A stretch of 64,000 bases of DNA, taken from the NCBI GenBank assembly GCA_964344485.1, contig CAYFNF010000001.1, positions 122,115-186,114 of the forward strand, written 5' to 3'. The notes under the pieces were generated by a model. That model made no database searches. It was given only the letters and a program-made list of their open reading frames with translations, and had not been told where the DNA came from. This DNA comes from an uncultured Gammaproteobacteria bacterium. Its GTDB lineage: Bacteria; Patescibacteriota; Patescibacteriia; UBA9570; XYC2-FULL-38-9. Positions 1 to 8,688 of this stretch are shown piece by piece. The position numbers and the translations under genes were made by a program. Position 1 is the stretch's first letter. Each line of letters starts with the position of its first letter.

Positions 1-271
1 GCAGCACATGTCGTACCTCGCCCGCTACTGGCAGGAGCTCGTTCCAGGAGGTGAACCAAGAGCACAGAACGACGACAGCGACGGAGCTAGCGACGACGAC
101 CCGGAGGGTGACCCGACCCCCCAGCCGCGTGACGACGACAGCGCACCAAGTGCGACCACCTCGGTCACACTCGTGTTCTCAGCACCGGACGAGACCGACC
201 ACGGTCCAAGCGACCACGCAGGTGGACAGCGCAGCAGCGCACCGCGCGCCAGGCTACACCTGGTGAAGTGA
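1..271 (+). CDS. 3' end of a high-GC ORF running in from upstream, with an acidic low-complexity tail (D/E/P/S-rich); partial
   Basis: Frame +2 is open from the window edge to the stop at 269-271. GC is high, unlike the following region. Followed by the hairpin gcatcg-gcaa-cgatgc plus T8. Confidence 0.3.
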   Translation, partial: QHMSYLARYWQELVPGGEPRAQNDDSDGASDDDPEGDPTPQPRDDDSAPSATTSVTLVFSAPDETDHGPSDHAGGQRSSAPRARLHLVK

Positions 272-295
272 CGCCCCGCTCACAACTCGGAGGAT

Positions 296-322
296 GCATC
301 GGCAACGATGCGATTTTTTTTA
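296..322 (+). terminator. Rho-independent terminator
   Basis: Hairpin gcatcggcaacgatgc followed by T8. Confidence 0.6.
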
Positions 323-323
323 C

Positions 324-346
324 AAAAAATCCCCGGAAGCCCGGGG
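324..346 (-). terminator. Rho-independent terminator for the lysine-rich gene on the minus strand
   Basis: On the minus strand: ccccgggcttccgggg hairpin followed by TTTTTT. Confidence 0.6.
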
Positions 347-373
347 ATGGAATGTAATTCTTTGTAGGCGGCG

Positions 374-1063
374 TTATTGTAGCGACGTAATGTCCGCAAT
401 CTTCTCTACTACAGTTGAAGATGAGGCAGAGATCTGTTCAGTGATTGTAGAGATATACGGAATTTGCTCTGCAACATATTGCATGGGTGAAGCTGTGCCA
501 GTAACATTATATAAGCTCAACATCGCAATAGACCAATAGGTGACTCCGAGAATAACTAGTGAGAAGAATACTGTTGAGAGATAGATCTCTCCAACACTTA
601 CCAAGAATGGGACTTTTTTTGGTGCTTCATCTACAGGCTCGATGATAGGCTCAACTTCAATCTGCTCCTTTACCACCGGCGCGGTCTTCAGTTTTGACGT
701 TTCCTTGATTTTCTTATTCTTGATCTCGATCTCTGTGATGGTTGCTGCTTCTGGTGGTGTTGCAGCTGCAGTAATTGTCGTCTCTGCTTCTTGGATTGTA
801 ATTTTGCTTGTAACTTTCTTCTTAGCTGCAGGTTTCTTCGCGCGTGTTGTCTTCTTTGTCGGTTTTTTCTTAGCTGTTTTCTTTGTGGTGGTGCGCTTTT
901 TCGTTACTTTCTTCTTAGCTGCAGGTTTCTTCGCAGTTGTTTTGCGTTTTACAGTTTTCTTCTTTGTTGTCGTCTTTTTTTTACTTGCAGGTTTCTTCTT
1001 ACTCGCGGTTTTTGGTTTGCGAGCAGCCGAAGTTTTTTTCTTTGTATTCTTTTTTGTTGCCAT
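374..1063 (-). CDS. Histone H1-like / AlgP-like lysine-rich protein (AKKKP, KKKTTT repeats) with a C-terminal hydrophobic transmembrane segment
   Basis: Start MATKKNTKKK is preceded by AGGAGG 8 nt upstream. About 130 aa are K/A/T/P repeats, followed by an acidic/Thr linker and one or two predicted TM helices (VPFLVSVGEIYLSTVFFSLVILGVTYW). Confidence 0.7.
   Translation of the reverse strand: MATKKNTKKKTSAARKPKTASKKKPASKKKTTTKKKTVKRKTTAKKPAAKKKVTKKRTTTKKTAKKKPTKKTTRAKKPAAKKKVTSKITIQEAETTITAAATPPEAATITEIEIKNKKIKETSKLKTAPVVKEQIEVEPIIEPVDEAPKKVPFLVSVGEIYLSTVFFSLVILGVTYWSIAMLSLYNVTGTASPMQYVAEQIPYISTITEQISASSSTVVEKIADITSLQ
815..990. repeat. Intragenic tandem repeat (unit about 84 nt) encoding repeated TAKKPAAKKKVTKKRTTTKK blocks
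   Basis: Near-identical strings 'ctttcttcttagctgcaggtttcttcgc' at about 821 and 905. These cause the spurious + strand ORFs 642..1094 and 791..1099. Confidence 0.6.
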
Positions 1064-1158
1064 AGAGAGTTCCTCCTTTTTAAGTACAAAATAAAATGAG
1101 TGTTTCAAACGTTCACACGTCGTTACTCACTGTACCGTATTTTCGTGTTGTCTGCAAA

Positions 1159-3351
1159 TCACTCCCACTCAACCAATTCTTCAGGTAAGTCGTCTAGAAA
1201 GCGAGAAGGTGGGTTCACTTGTACATTACCGTACCGCATGCGTTGAGCTGCAAAGATGATCATGACACGTTCAATTGCTCGGGTAATAGCAACGTAGCAG
1301 AGCCGCCGCTCTTCTTCCATCTCTTGCGGATTCGTGAGTGAACGAGAGTGCGGGAACAACCCTTCTTCCATCCCCACAATGAATACCGTCGGGAACTCGA
1401 GACCTTTGGCAGCGTGTACGGTCATGAGCTTTACTGCATTATCTGACTCTTCAACTTCATCTTGATCCATGACTAATGCAACGTCTTCAAGGAACGCTTG
1501 CAGTCCTTCTTCACCGCGGAGGTTTTGAAATTTCTGTGTTACGGTTTTGAGCTCTTGCACGTTCTCCCAGCGAGCTTCAGCTTGTTCCTTAGTATCACAA
1601 CTGGTAAAGAGCCAGTCTTTGTAATCGATCTCTTTTAAAATACTGTCTAGCAGTTCTGTTGGATTCAGGTCCGGGAGTTGCTTTGAAAGTGATTTTAAGA
1701 CATCAGCAAATTGATAGAAGCTCTCTAAGCGTGCATTCTGGATGTCCGGAATAGCATGGTCTGCAGATTCAATCACAGTGAAGCTGCGTTCACGTGCGAA
1801 CTGTTCAATTTTATACCATGTACGATTTCCGATCCCTCGTGTTGGGATATTTACTATTCGTTCTAAAGATACCCAGTCACTTGGGTTAAAGATTGAACGC
1901 ATGAAGGCGAGTACATCTTTGATCTCACGACGCTCGTAGAATTTAATGCCACCGATAATTTTATACGGAATTCCGAACTTCAGAAATGACTCTTCAATTG
2001 CGCGTGACTGTGCATTGGTGCGGTAGAGTACTACGTACTGTGAGAAATCTATCTCTCGTTTTTTAGCTTCAACTTCTTGTCGTAGCTCCCCGTCTTCTTT
2101 CTGTTGAGTGAACTGCCGCATACCCATCACGCGATCCAAGATACTCTCTCCCTCTTGAATGACTTCATCCTCGGGGTCTGGTTGCGCATCTTCATCCACG
2201 TACTCTATTTCATCCGTTGTACCCGCGGTGTCCCACCCAACGATCTGTTCTACAATATATCGCCCTTCCGCTTCTTCATTCGCTACTTCTTTAATGCGGA
2301 TTTTTTCACCTGCCTGGTTTTCAGTCCAGAGCTTCTTCTTTTTTTGATTCTTATTCTTTTCAATGACCTGATTGGATGCATCCAGGATTGTCTGTGTGGA
2401 TCGATAGTTCTGTTCTAGAAATACTGTGGTTGCGTCTGCATAATCTTTTTCAAAGTCTAGAATATTTCGGATGTCAGCCATGCGCCAGCTGTAGATGGAC
2501 TGTGCATCATCTCCAACCACACAGATGTTTTTATGTTTGTCTGCTAGCAGCGTTACTAAACGATACTGTGCTTTATTCGTGTCTTGATACTCGTCTACTA
2601 AGATATGCTCCCAGAGCTTCTGATATTTCTTCAAAATGTCCGGATACTTTTCTAAAAGTTCGACTGTCTTCATGATTAAGTCATCGAAGTCGAGCGCATT
2701 GTGTTCTTTTAGGGATTTCTGATATTCAGGGTAGACATTGGCTGCAATCTCACTGATTGGGTCGTCCACAAGCTCCTGATACTGTTCCGGAGTGATCAGC
2801 AAGTTCTTGCTGTTAGAGATCTTCCAGTGAATGGCATTGGGTGCTATCTGTTTGGTATCAATACCTTGTTCTTTCATGAGCTTCTTAACCAACACCTGTT
2901 GCTCAGAGTCATCGTAGATAACGAAGTTGGATTTATATCCCAGCGCTTCAATCTCTTTTCGCAGTAAGCGCGAGCAGATGGAGTGAAATGTTCCCATGTG
3001 CGGGAAGTGTTGCTGTTTCTTTCCCAGCAGTGCGACCATACGCTCCTGCATATTGCGCGCAGCTTTGTTTGTAAAGGTTACGGCGAGTATATTCCATGGT
3101 TTTACCCCTTGCTCCGCTATCAAGTACGCGATGCGATGGATAAGAGTACGGGTTTTACCAGAGCCTGCTCCAGCCAAAATCAACACCGGCCCTTTTACCG
3201 TGGTGACAGCCTCTTGTTGCTTATCGTTCAATTCACGCAGGATCAAATCACCAGCGGTCACTGTGGTGTTTCTCTTTACGGGCTTCTTTTTAGGGCGTGA
3301 TGCAGTGTTCTTGGCCTTCCTTTTGGTTGCAGGCTTCTTTTTTTTCGGCAT
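1159..3351 (-). CDS. pcrA: ATP-dependent DNA helicase, UvrD/PcrA/Rep family, with a roughly 35-aa lysine-rich N-terminal extension
   Basis: Walker A LILAGAGSGKTRTL. Also VTFTNKAARNMQER, VDEYQDTN and a QNYRST-like motif. 730 aa. Confidence 0.9.
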   Translation of the reverse strand: MPKKKKPATKRKAKNTASRPKKKPVKRNTTVTAGDLILRELNDKQQEAVTTVKGPVLILAGAGSGKTRTLIHRIAYLIAEQGVKPWNILAVTFTNKAARNMQERMVALLGKKQQHFPHMGTFHSICSRLLRKEIEALGYKSNFVIYDDSEQQVLVKKLMKEQGIDTKQIAPNAIHWKISNSKNLLITPEQYQELVDDPISEIAANVYPEYQKSLKEHNALDFDDLIMKTVELLEKYPDILKKYQKLWEHILVDEYQDTNKAQYRLVTLLADKHKNICVVGDDAQSIYSWRMADIRNILDFEKDYADATTVFLEQNYRSTQTILDASNQVIEKNKNQKKKKLWTENQAGEKIRIKEVANEEAEGRYIVEQIVGWDTAGTTDEIEYVDEDAQPDPEDEVIQEGESILDRVMGMRQFTQQKEDGELRQEVEAKKREIDFSQYVVLYRTNAQSRAIEESFLKFGIPYKIIGGIKFYERREIKDVLAFMRSIFNPSDWVSLERIVNIPTRGIGNRTWYKIEQFARERSFTVIESADHAIPDIQNARLESFYQFADVLKSLSKQLPDLNPTELLDSILKEIDYKDWLFTSCDTKEQAEARWENVQELKTVTQKFQNLRGEEGLQAFLEDVALVMDQDEVEESDNAVKLMTVHAAKGLEFPTVFIVGMEEGLFPHSRSLTNPQEMEEERRLCYVAITRAIERVMIIFAAQRMRYGNVQVNPPSRFLDDLPEELVEWE

Positions 3352-3422
3352 AGTCGGCTTATTGTATCATATCAGCGCGGTGATGGAAATGATCTGAGCG
3401 TCATAAACAGTATAAAAACGGG

Positions 3423-3492
3423 TTGACATATATATGGTGTGTGTCAGTGTAGGAAAACAACGAACTGTGAGGTTACAAGAGGGGAAAGGAGG
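3423..3492 (+). promoter_or_regulatory. Candidate sigma70 -35 box (TTGACA at 3423-3428) plus strong SD (GGAGGTG) serving the high-GC ORF
   Basis: Perfect TTGACA. The -10 is unclear. aaaGGAGGTGgtcc precedes the ATG at 3499. Confidence 0.35.
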
Positions 3493-3498
3493 TGGTCC

Positions 3499-3942
3499 AT
3501 GAGGACCATGAACCTGGCTGTCGACCCCAGGATCCAGAATGCGTTCATGCGTGCGGCCATGCACGCGGTTCGGCATCACGTGATCCAGGCCACGAGCGCG
3601 CACAAGGAGGCGTTCGACACGCCCGCGTTCCAGGGCACGCTGATGCGCGTGGTGTTGAGTCCGACGAACCGGAAGTCCGAGCGGCGGATCGACCGGTGGA
3701 GCATGACGTTCTGGATCGAGGACGTCGGGCAGAGCCGTGACCAGATCATCGAGTCGGTCGTGGTAGCGCTCGAGAACATGGACATGTTCTGCTACGTGGG
3801 CAAGCGGGGTGTCGCCAACCCCGTTCCCACGGCGCGGGTGATGTTCATGGCCAAGATCCCGGCACGCGAGGGCTTCCAGCTCTTCCAGCGCACCTGCGAG
3901 TGCGGCGCCGTGCGTACGGCATCGGATCCGGGCCTGCTCTAG
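3499..3942 (+). CDS. Hypothetical protein, 147 aa, high GC (compositionally foreign)
   Basis: Starts MRTMNLAVD with a strong SD. GC is much higher than the flanks. No recognisable motif. Confidence 0.55.
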   Translation: MRTMNLAVDPRIQNAFMRAAMHAVRHHVIQATSAHKEAFDTPAFQGTLMRVVLSPTNRKSERRIDRWSMTFWIEDVGQSRDQIIESVVVALENMDMFCYVGKRGVANPVPTARVMFMAKIPAREGFQLFQRTCECGAVRTASDPGLL

Positions 3943-4004
3943 CGCAGAAGACCCACGGAGGAAGGGTTCTTTTTTATTTATCGAAAAAACTCGTCCTCGT
4001 ACGT

Positions 4005-4027
4005 TCAGGCGCCTGAGAAGTTTTTTA
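4005..4027. terminator. Bidirectional palindromic terminator between convergent genes
   Basis: 12-nt perfect palindrome tcaggcgcctga followed by T6. An A-run precedes it. Confidence 0.5.
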
Positions 4028-4879
4028 TGAAGTAAAAACTTTTTTTATACGATTGCGGATTTTCTCTGCACGTTTCTTGTCACGGCTGACAGTGAGGTGG
4101 GTGCGGCCAGGTTGCTCTACAATCTCCTGCAATTGATCAGGATCAAACTGTGATAGATCAGTGACTGATTCATAGACTTCGTCCATTAGGCCTTTTATAT
4201 ACTTGGGCATTGCAGTTTCAAAGATGTAATCTCCAATCACGACCACATAGTAGTTATCTTCGAACTCCTTTATAGGTGTAATGCTCACGCTAACGTTGTC
4301 TCCAGCAATGCATTGAGGCGTCAGGGAGTCTAGAAAAGACTCTGTCCCACCCACATGGTACAAATGCATGTTGTGCTGCTTGTATGCATCATTCAGTGCT
4401 TGCTCAGCGTTTGTACGTATCAACTGAAACCAGCAGTGGTCTACGTAGACATACGAGTTTGTATCTTTGTGTTCCTCTGTTGCGTAATACAGGATCACGA
4501 CGATAAGCGCGTGCCACCAAAAGTTGTCCATTGCGACCGGAGTGTCTAAGGTAAATGTTTTACTTTCTCCCTCTTTTAGTAGAATCGTGGCTGATGCTGC
4601 GCCTTGATCAAAGTAGTTCTGCTGCAGCACATTCGTGAAGTTTAGTAAGTTATAGATCCAGGAGCCGTCAATAGAGATCAGCTTTCCCTCTTTTACCAGA
4701 ACGCGCTGGTCTGTGAGTTTGTGAATTAAATTATAGAATCCCTGCAATGACATTCCTTTCCTATATCGCTTACTAAAGAAGCCGTAGAGATCCTTTACTG
4801 TCAGTCGTGGCTTATGTGCGAGGATGTCTAACACAATCGCAGTAGGGGAGGAGTCCGGTGATTTTGGGTCAGGAATCAT
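4025..4879 (-). CDS. Hypothetical protein with a winged-helix-like N-terminus (possible transcriptional regulator)
   Basis: The tracked ORF 4025..5530 is chimeric: its first roughly 217 codons are the antisense shadow of the high-GC HAD gene. Low-GC coding begins at MIPDPKSPDSS (ATG complement at 4877-4879). Confidence 0.5.
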   Translation of the reverse strand: MIPDPKSPDSSPTAIVLDILAHKPRLTVKDLYGFFSKRYRKGMSLQGFYNLIHKLTDQRVLVKEGKLISIDGSWIYNLLNFTNVLQQNYFDQGAASATILLKEGESKTFTLDTPVAMDNFWWHALIVVILYYATEEHKDTNSYVYVDHCWFQLIRTNAEQALNDAYKQHNMHLYHVGGTESFLDSLTPQCIAGDNVSVSITPIKEFEDNYYVVVIGDYIFETAMPKYIKGLMDEVYESVTDLSQFDPDQLQEIVEQPGRTHLTVSRDKKRAEKIRNRIKKVFTS

Positions 4880-4999
4880 AGTCAAGTAAAACTTTAAGAT
4901 TTTAAACATTTTAAATAAATATTGAAAATTTGTCAAGAGCACGATACACTCTGCTGTTCTCAGTTCGGAATGGACCGGATTGAGTGAGCAGGAGGAGTC

Positions 5000-5629
5000 A
5001 TGTTCTTTCACATTCTGCAGGCGTTCGTGGAGCTGGTCCGTGATGTGATCCGCAAACCCGTGGAGTTCATTCACGTAGAGATGAACTGGTCGGTGCTGAA
5101 CCCGCTGGTGTGGCTGCCGCATACTCTGTCTCCGGACATGACCATCTCTTCGCTGAGCGAGCTGGACGCGCAAGCGCTGGTGGATCTCGGGTACGAAGCA
5201 GTGATCATTGACTACGACGGCGTGATTGTGGACTACCACACCGAGGAGCCACCCGCGCCCGTGGTCGTGGAAGCGCTGCAGCGGTTGTCCAAGCACTTGC
5301 GCGTGCGAATTCTGTCGAACCGCCGCGGGAAGCTGCTGCAGTCGCTGCACGATGCGCTCCCTCAGTTCCCGGTAGTCCGCTCGTGTAAGATGAAGCCACA
5401 CAAGGAACCGTACCTGACCGCAGCAAAGACCTTGGGCGTAGAGATCACCAAGACGGTGTTGATCGAGGACCGGCTCGCCACTGGGATCGCGGGAGGTAAC
5501 CGCGTGGGGATGTACACGGTGTGGATGCATCCATCGCTGGGCCGTGATCGAGAGCCTTGGAACGTCTGGCTCTATCGCTTGGTTGAGGAGAAGCTACTCT
5601 CCTTGTACAACACGCTGCGTTTGACCTGA
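5000..5629 (+). CDS. HAD-superfamily IIIA phosphatase, YqeG-like; high GC
   Basis: Motifs VIIDYDGVI (DxD nucleophile) and CKMKPHKEPYLTAAKTLGVE...VLIEDRLATGIAGGNRVGMYTVW. GGAGG is 8 nt upstream of the ATG. Confidence 0.7.
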   Translation: MFFHILQAFVELVRDVIRKPVEFIHVEMNWSVLNPLVWLPHTLSPDMTISSLSELDAQALVDLGYEAVIIDYDGVIVDYHTEEPPAPVVVEALQRLSKHLRVRILSNRRGKLLQSLHDALPQFPVVRSCKMKPHKEPYLTAAKTLGVEITKTVLIEDRLATGIAGGNRVGMYTVWMHPSLGRDREPWNVWLYRLVEEKLLSLYNTLRLT

Positions 5630-5753
5630 AAAACCAAGCGTTTTTTTATCACCATCGTAATGGCCGCGCGTTTATTCATGATAGTTCGGCCCTTGATTTT
5701 TCAGTGATTTTTTGATACAATGACAGAGATAACAAGGTGATAAAGATATAGAT

Positions 5754-6209
5754 ATGGGTCGATGGCCAAAAAGACACTCCACGGAGCGACAAAGCACGCA
5801 TATCCGGCGACAGACCGCTGGAGAGTATGATCCGGATGAAAAACGTAGACGTCGAAGGCGACGTCCGCAATATGTACCTGATGACATACCCGCAGACCCA
5901 AGAAAGAGAACCGAAGAGCAGCGCCAGCGGATGCGCTGGGCTATGGATGCGTACGATGAAGAAGATTCAGATGCGCGAGAGAGGAGACGGCAAGCTGAAC
6001 GAGATGCTGATTGGGAGCCGCATCTACATACACAAGAACCAGTAGCATACGTACACCCTGATGATGACTCGCAGCAAGCTCGACAACAACGGGCAATGGC
6101 AGAGCGAGCAAGAAGGCAAGAAGAGGTGCAACAAGGCGGGCCAAGACAAGACGATCCAAGATCACGGACACGACGAAGAAGGCAGTCACGCACACGCAGA
6201 GCAGCATAG
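5754..6209 (+). CDS. Hypothetical highly charged Arg/Glu/Asp-rich protein
   Basis: 151 aa of R/E/D/Q low complexity with an AAGGTGA SD-like site upstream. It competes with the antisense Cys/Ser-rich ORF 5672..6304. The coding strand is uncertain. Confidence 0.35.
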   Translation: MGRWPKRHSTERQSTHIRRQTAGEYDPDEKRRRRRRRPQYVPDDIPADPRKRTEEQRQRMRWAMDAYDEEDSDARERRRQAERDADWEPHLHTQEPVAYVHPDDDSQQARQQRAMAERARRQEEVQQGGPRQDDPRSRTRRRRQSRTRRAA

Positions 6210-6323
6210 TATTTTTTCATAGTAATGAGTTGACAGTTGAAAGACCGTATGGTAGGGTAATTTTGGTTTAAAATTGTTGGCATGTAACGCAATACAGTCA
6301 ACAATTAATACAATAAAAAACAG

Positions 6324-6542
6324 ATGAAACTTATTCTTGATATCGTACAAATTGTAGTCGGTATATTACTGATGATTTCTATCCTTCTCCAATCCAAAGG
6401 AGGGGGACTTGGCTCTGCTTTTGGTGGCGGTGAAGCAATCGCAACCACTAGACGAGGAGCAGAGAAAGGAATTTTTACAATCTCGATTATCCTCTCAGTG
6501 ATATTTATAGGGCTTGCAGCCGCACGAATGTTTATTAGTTAA
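6324..6542 (+). CDS. secG: Preprotein translocase subunit SecG
   Basis: 72 aa with two TM helices flanking LLQSKGGGLGSAFGGG...TRRGAEKG, the classic SecG signature. Confidence 0.85.
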   Translation: MKLILDIVQIVVGILLMISILLQSKGGGLGSAFGGGEAIATTRRGAEKGIFTISIILSVIFIGLAAARMFIS

Positions 6543-6545
6543 TCA

Positions 6546-8513
6546 TTGTATTTTTCTTCAAATCGGATGAAACGTCCTTCTGAGGTGCTTTCGAAATCTT
6601 TTAGGCGAAGCACAGACAAGTCACAAGAAAAAAAGGAGCCAGAGCAGTTGGTGTATAAAACCACAGCAACCCGCAAGACGCCGACATTTGCTCATGCGCG
6701 ATATTTTACTCGGTTGCTAAAAGGCCAAGAGCGTATTGTATTTCTTATCGCTGCAGTAATTATCCTTGTTGGACTTCCGATTGTAGGTCTACGTTGGTAC
6801 TATCGCGCGACTGAGGTCGTGCCTGATTACGGTGGGAGCTACACCGAGGGAATAGTTGGAGCGCCACAGTATATCAACCCGATCCTTTCTCCGTTGTCTG
6901 ATGTGGATTCAGATCTGACTGAATTTATTTTCTCTGGGTTGTTCCGTTATACAGACCAACAAGAGCTAGTCTCTGACCTAACTACCAACTATGTCATCTC
7001 TGATGATAAGTTAACGTATACATTCTTCCTGCGTAGTGATGTGAAGTGGCATGATGGGGAAGATTTAACAGCAGATGATGTGCTCTTTACGATTAACGCG
7101 ATTCAAGATCCGTTGTATCAGAGTCCGTTGTATGCATCGCTTGCAGGAGCACAGACCGAGAAGCTAGATGACTACTCGTTTTCTATCACCTTACCAGAGC
7201 CGTACGCACCGTTCCTTTCAACTATGACCTTCGGAATCGTTCCGGAGCACCTCTGGTTTGATGTTCCAGCACAGAACGTTGCATTAACTGAATTGAATAT
7301 TCGCCCAGTCGGAACAGGGCCGTACAAATTTGAGTCACTCACTAAAGAGCGTACCGGAACCATGAAGTCGTTCTATATGGTGCGTAACGAAGAGTATTAC
7401 GGTAATAACGCATATTTAAAAGATATTACATTCATTTTCTATCCAGAGATCACTTCTGCTGTTGATGCGTTGAAATCTAAGAAGATTGAAGGATTGAGTT
7501 TTTTCCCAATCGTAGAGAGAGAGGATATTCAAAAAAAGAACAGCAACATTGCATTTACCTCACTACGAATTCCTCAGTACACCGCAGTATTCTTTAATCA
7601 GAAGAAGAGCGATGTGTTAAAACAAGACACAGTACGACGAGCACTCGCCCATTCCGTGAACCGTGATGAAATCGTCGATCAAGTGTTTTATGGTGGCGCA
7701 GAAGCCATCTACACCCCTATCCTCCCTGGGTATGTTGGGCATAATCCAGAGGTAAAGAAATTCGAATTTGATTTAGAAGAAGCAGCTCGATTACTAGAGA
7801 GTGAAGGCTGGGTGTTCCCAGAAGTAGCAGAAGAGGAGCCTGCTGAAGATGAGGCTGAGGTTACTGAGGAGGCTACTGAAGAAGGTGCGGATGAGAATAG
7901 TGACGAGGAGCCTGCTGAAGATACCGAATCTACTGATGATACTGTAAGTGAAGCGAACAGTGAAGTTGCTGACTATATCCCTCGAGAGAAAGACGGTACC
8001 AAGCTCGAATTTACTATTGCTACTGTAGACAATGAAGAGTACCGTAGTGTGCTGATGTTAATGCAGAAGAACTGGAAAGAGATCGGGATAAAAGTGAATG
8101 TCGACTTCTACAGTCCAGAAGATATTCAACAAGAAGTCATCAAGCCGCGTGAGTATGAAGCGTTGCTATTCGGTGAAATTGTTGGCACTGACCCGGATCC
8201 GTATCCATTTTGGCACTCGTCACAGCAAGAGCATCCAGGGTTAGCGCTCGCAATCTTTAGAGATCAGGAAGTCAATCAGTTACTGGAAGAAGCGCGACAG
8301 ACCTCGGATGAAGAGGAGCGCCGCTTAAAGTATCTTCACTTTCAGAATAATATTGCAGAAGAGGGTCCAGCGATTTTCTTGTATAACCCTCTATACACCT
8401 ATGGAGTACACGAAAAGATTCAGGGTATAAACTCCATGCAGTATATCACTGTACCGTCTGATAGATTTTCGAATATTACGAATTGGTATATCGAAACCAA
8501 GCGGGAGTGGTAA
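6546..8513 (+). CDS. ABC transporter substrate-binding protein, family 5 (oligopeptide/nickel type), with an N-terminal TM anchor and an acidic insert
   Basis: Length and motifs (DVKWHDG, TFGIVPEH, PFWHSSQ) are typical of the SBP_bac_5 family. An N-terminal TM helix is present. Confidence 0.75.
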   Translation: MYFSSNRMKRPSEVLSKSFRRSTDKSQEKKEPEQLVYKTTATRKTPTFAHARYFTRLLKGQERIVFLIAAVIILVGLPIVGLRWYYRATEVVPDYGGSYTEGIVGAPQYINPILSPLSDVDSDLTEFIFSGLFRYTDQQELVSDLTTNYVISDDKLTYTFFLRSDVKWHDGEDLTADDVLFTINAIQDPLYQSPLYASLAGAQTEKLDDYSFSITLPEPYAPFLSTMTFGIVPEHLWFDVPAQNVALTELNIRPVGTGPYKFESLTKERTGTMKSFYMVRNEEYYGNNAYLKDITFIFYPEITSAVDALKSKKIEGLSFFPIVEREDIQKKNSNIAFTSLRIPQYTAVFFNQKKSDVLKQDTVRRALAHSVNRDEIVDQVFYGGAEAIYTPILPGYVGHNPEVKKFEFDLEEAARLLESEGWVFPEVAEEEPAEDEAEVTEEATEEGADENSDEEPAEDTESTDDTVSEANSEVADYIPREKDGTKLEFTIATVDNEEYRSVLMLMQKNWKEIGIKVNVDFYSPEDIQQEVIKPREYEALLFGEIVGTDPDPYPFWHSSQQEHPGLALAIFRDQEVNQLLEEARQTSDEEERRLKYLHFQNNIAEEGPAIFLYNPLYTYGVHEKIQGINSMQYITVPSDRFSNITNWYIETKREW

Positions 8514-8523
8514 TACACTCTAC

Positions 8524-8607
8524 GCCGGAGTGGTGGAACTGGTAGACACGCAGCGTTCAGGTCGCTGTCCGCATTAGCGGGTGAGAGTTCAACTCTCTCC
8601 TCCGGCA
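8524..8607 (+). tRNA. tRNA-Leu (anticodon CAG)
   Basis: Acceptor stem GCCGGAG/CTCCGGC. D-arm GGTAGAC. Anticodon loop tTCAGg. Long variable arm. T-arm GGTTCAACTC. CCA is not encoded. Confidence 0.8.
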
Positions 8608-8688
8608 CAGATAAACTTTTTTATCGCGAATGCATCTACGCGGAATTGATCCGTAAGATGTGTTGGCACTTAAATCGTAAATTGTTAT

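Noticed and set aside
642-1099. + strand ORFs 642..1094 and 791..1099 (Phe/Val/Leu-rich)
   Set aside because: They are antisense shadows of the tandem-repeat lysine-rich gene on the minus strand (AAA/AAG codons read as TTT/CTT). They lack an SD site and a plausible start.
4880-5530. N-terminal 217 codons of tracked ORF 4025..5530
   Set aside because: This stretch runs through the high-GC region antisense to the HAD phosphatase gene. Composition switches abruptly at about 4880. The gene was trimmed to start at MIPDPK (4879).
6210-6323. TTGACA-containing promoter upstream of secG
   Set aside because: A perfect -35 hexamer is present, but no convincing -10 lies at 16-18 nt spacing. It is not reported as a feature.
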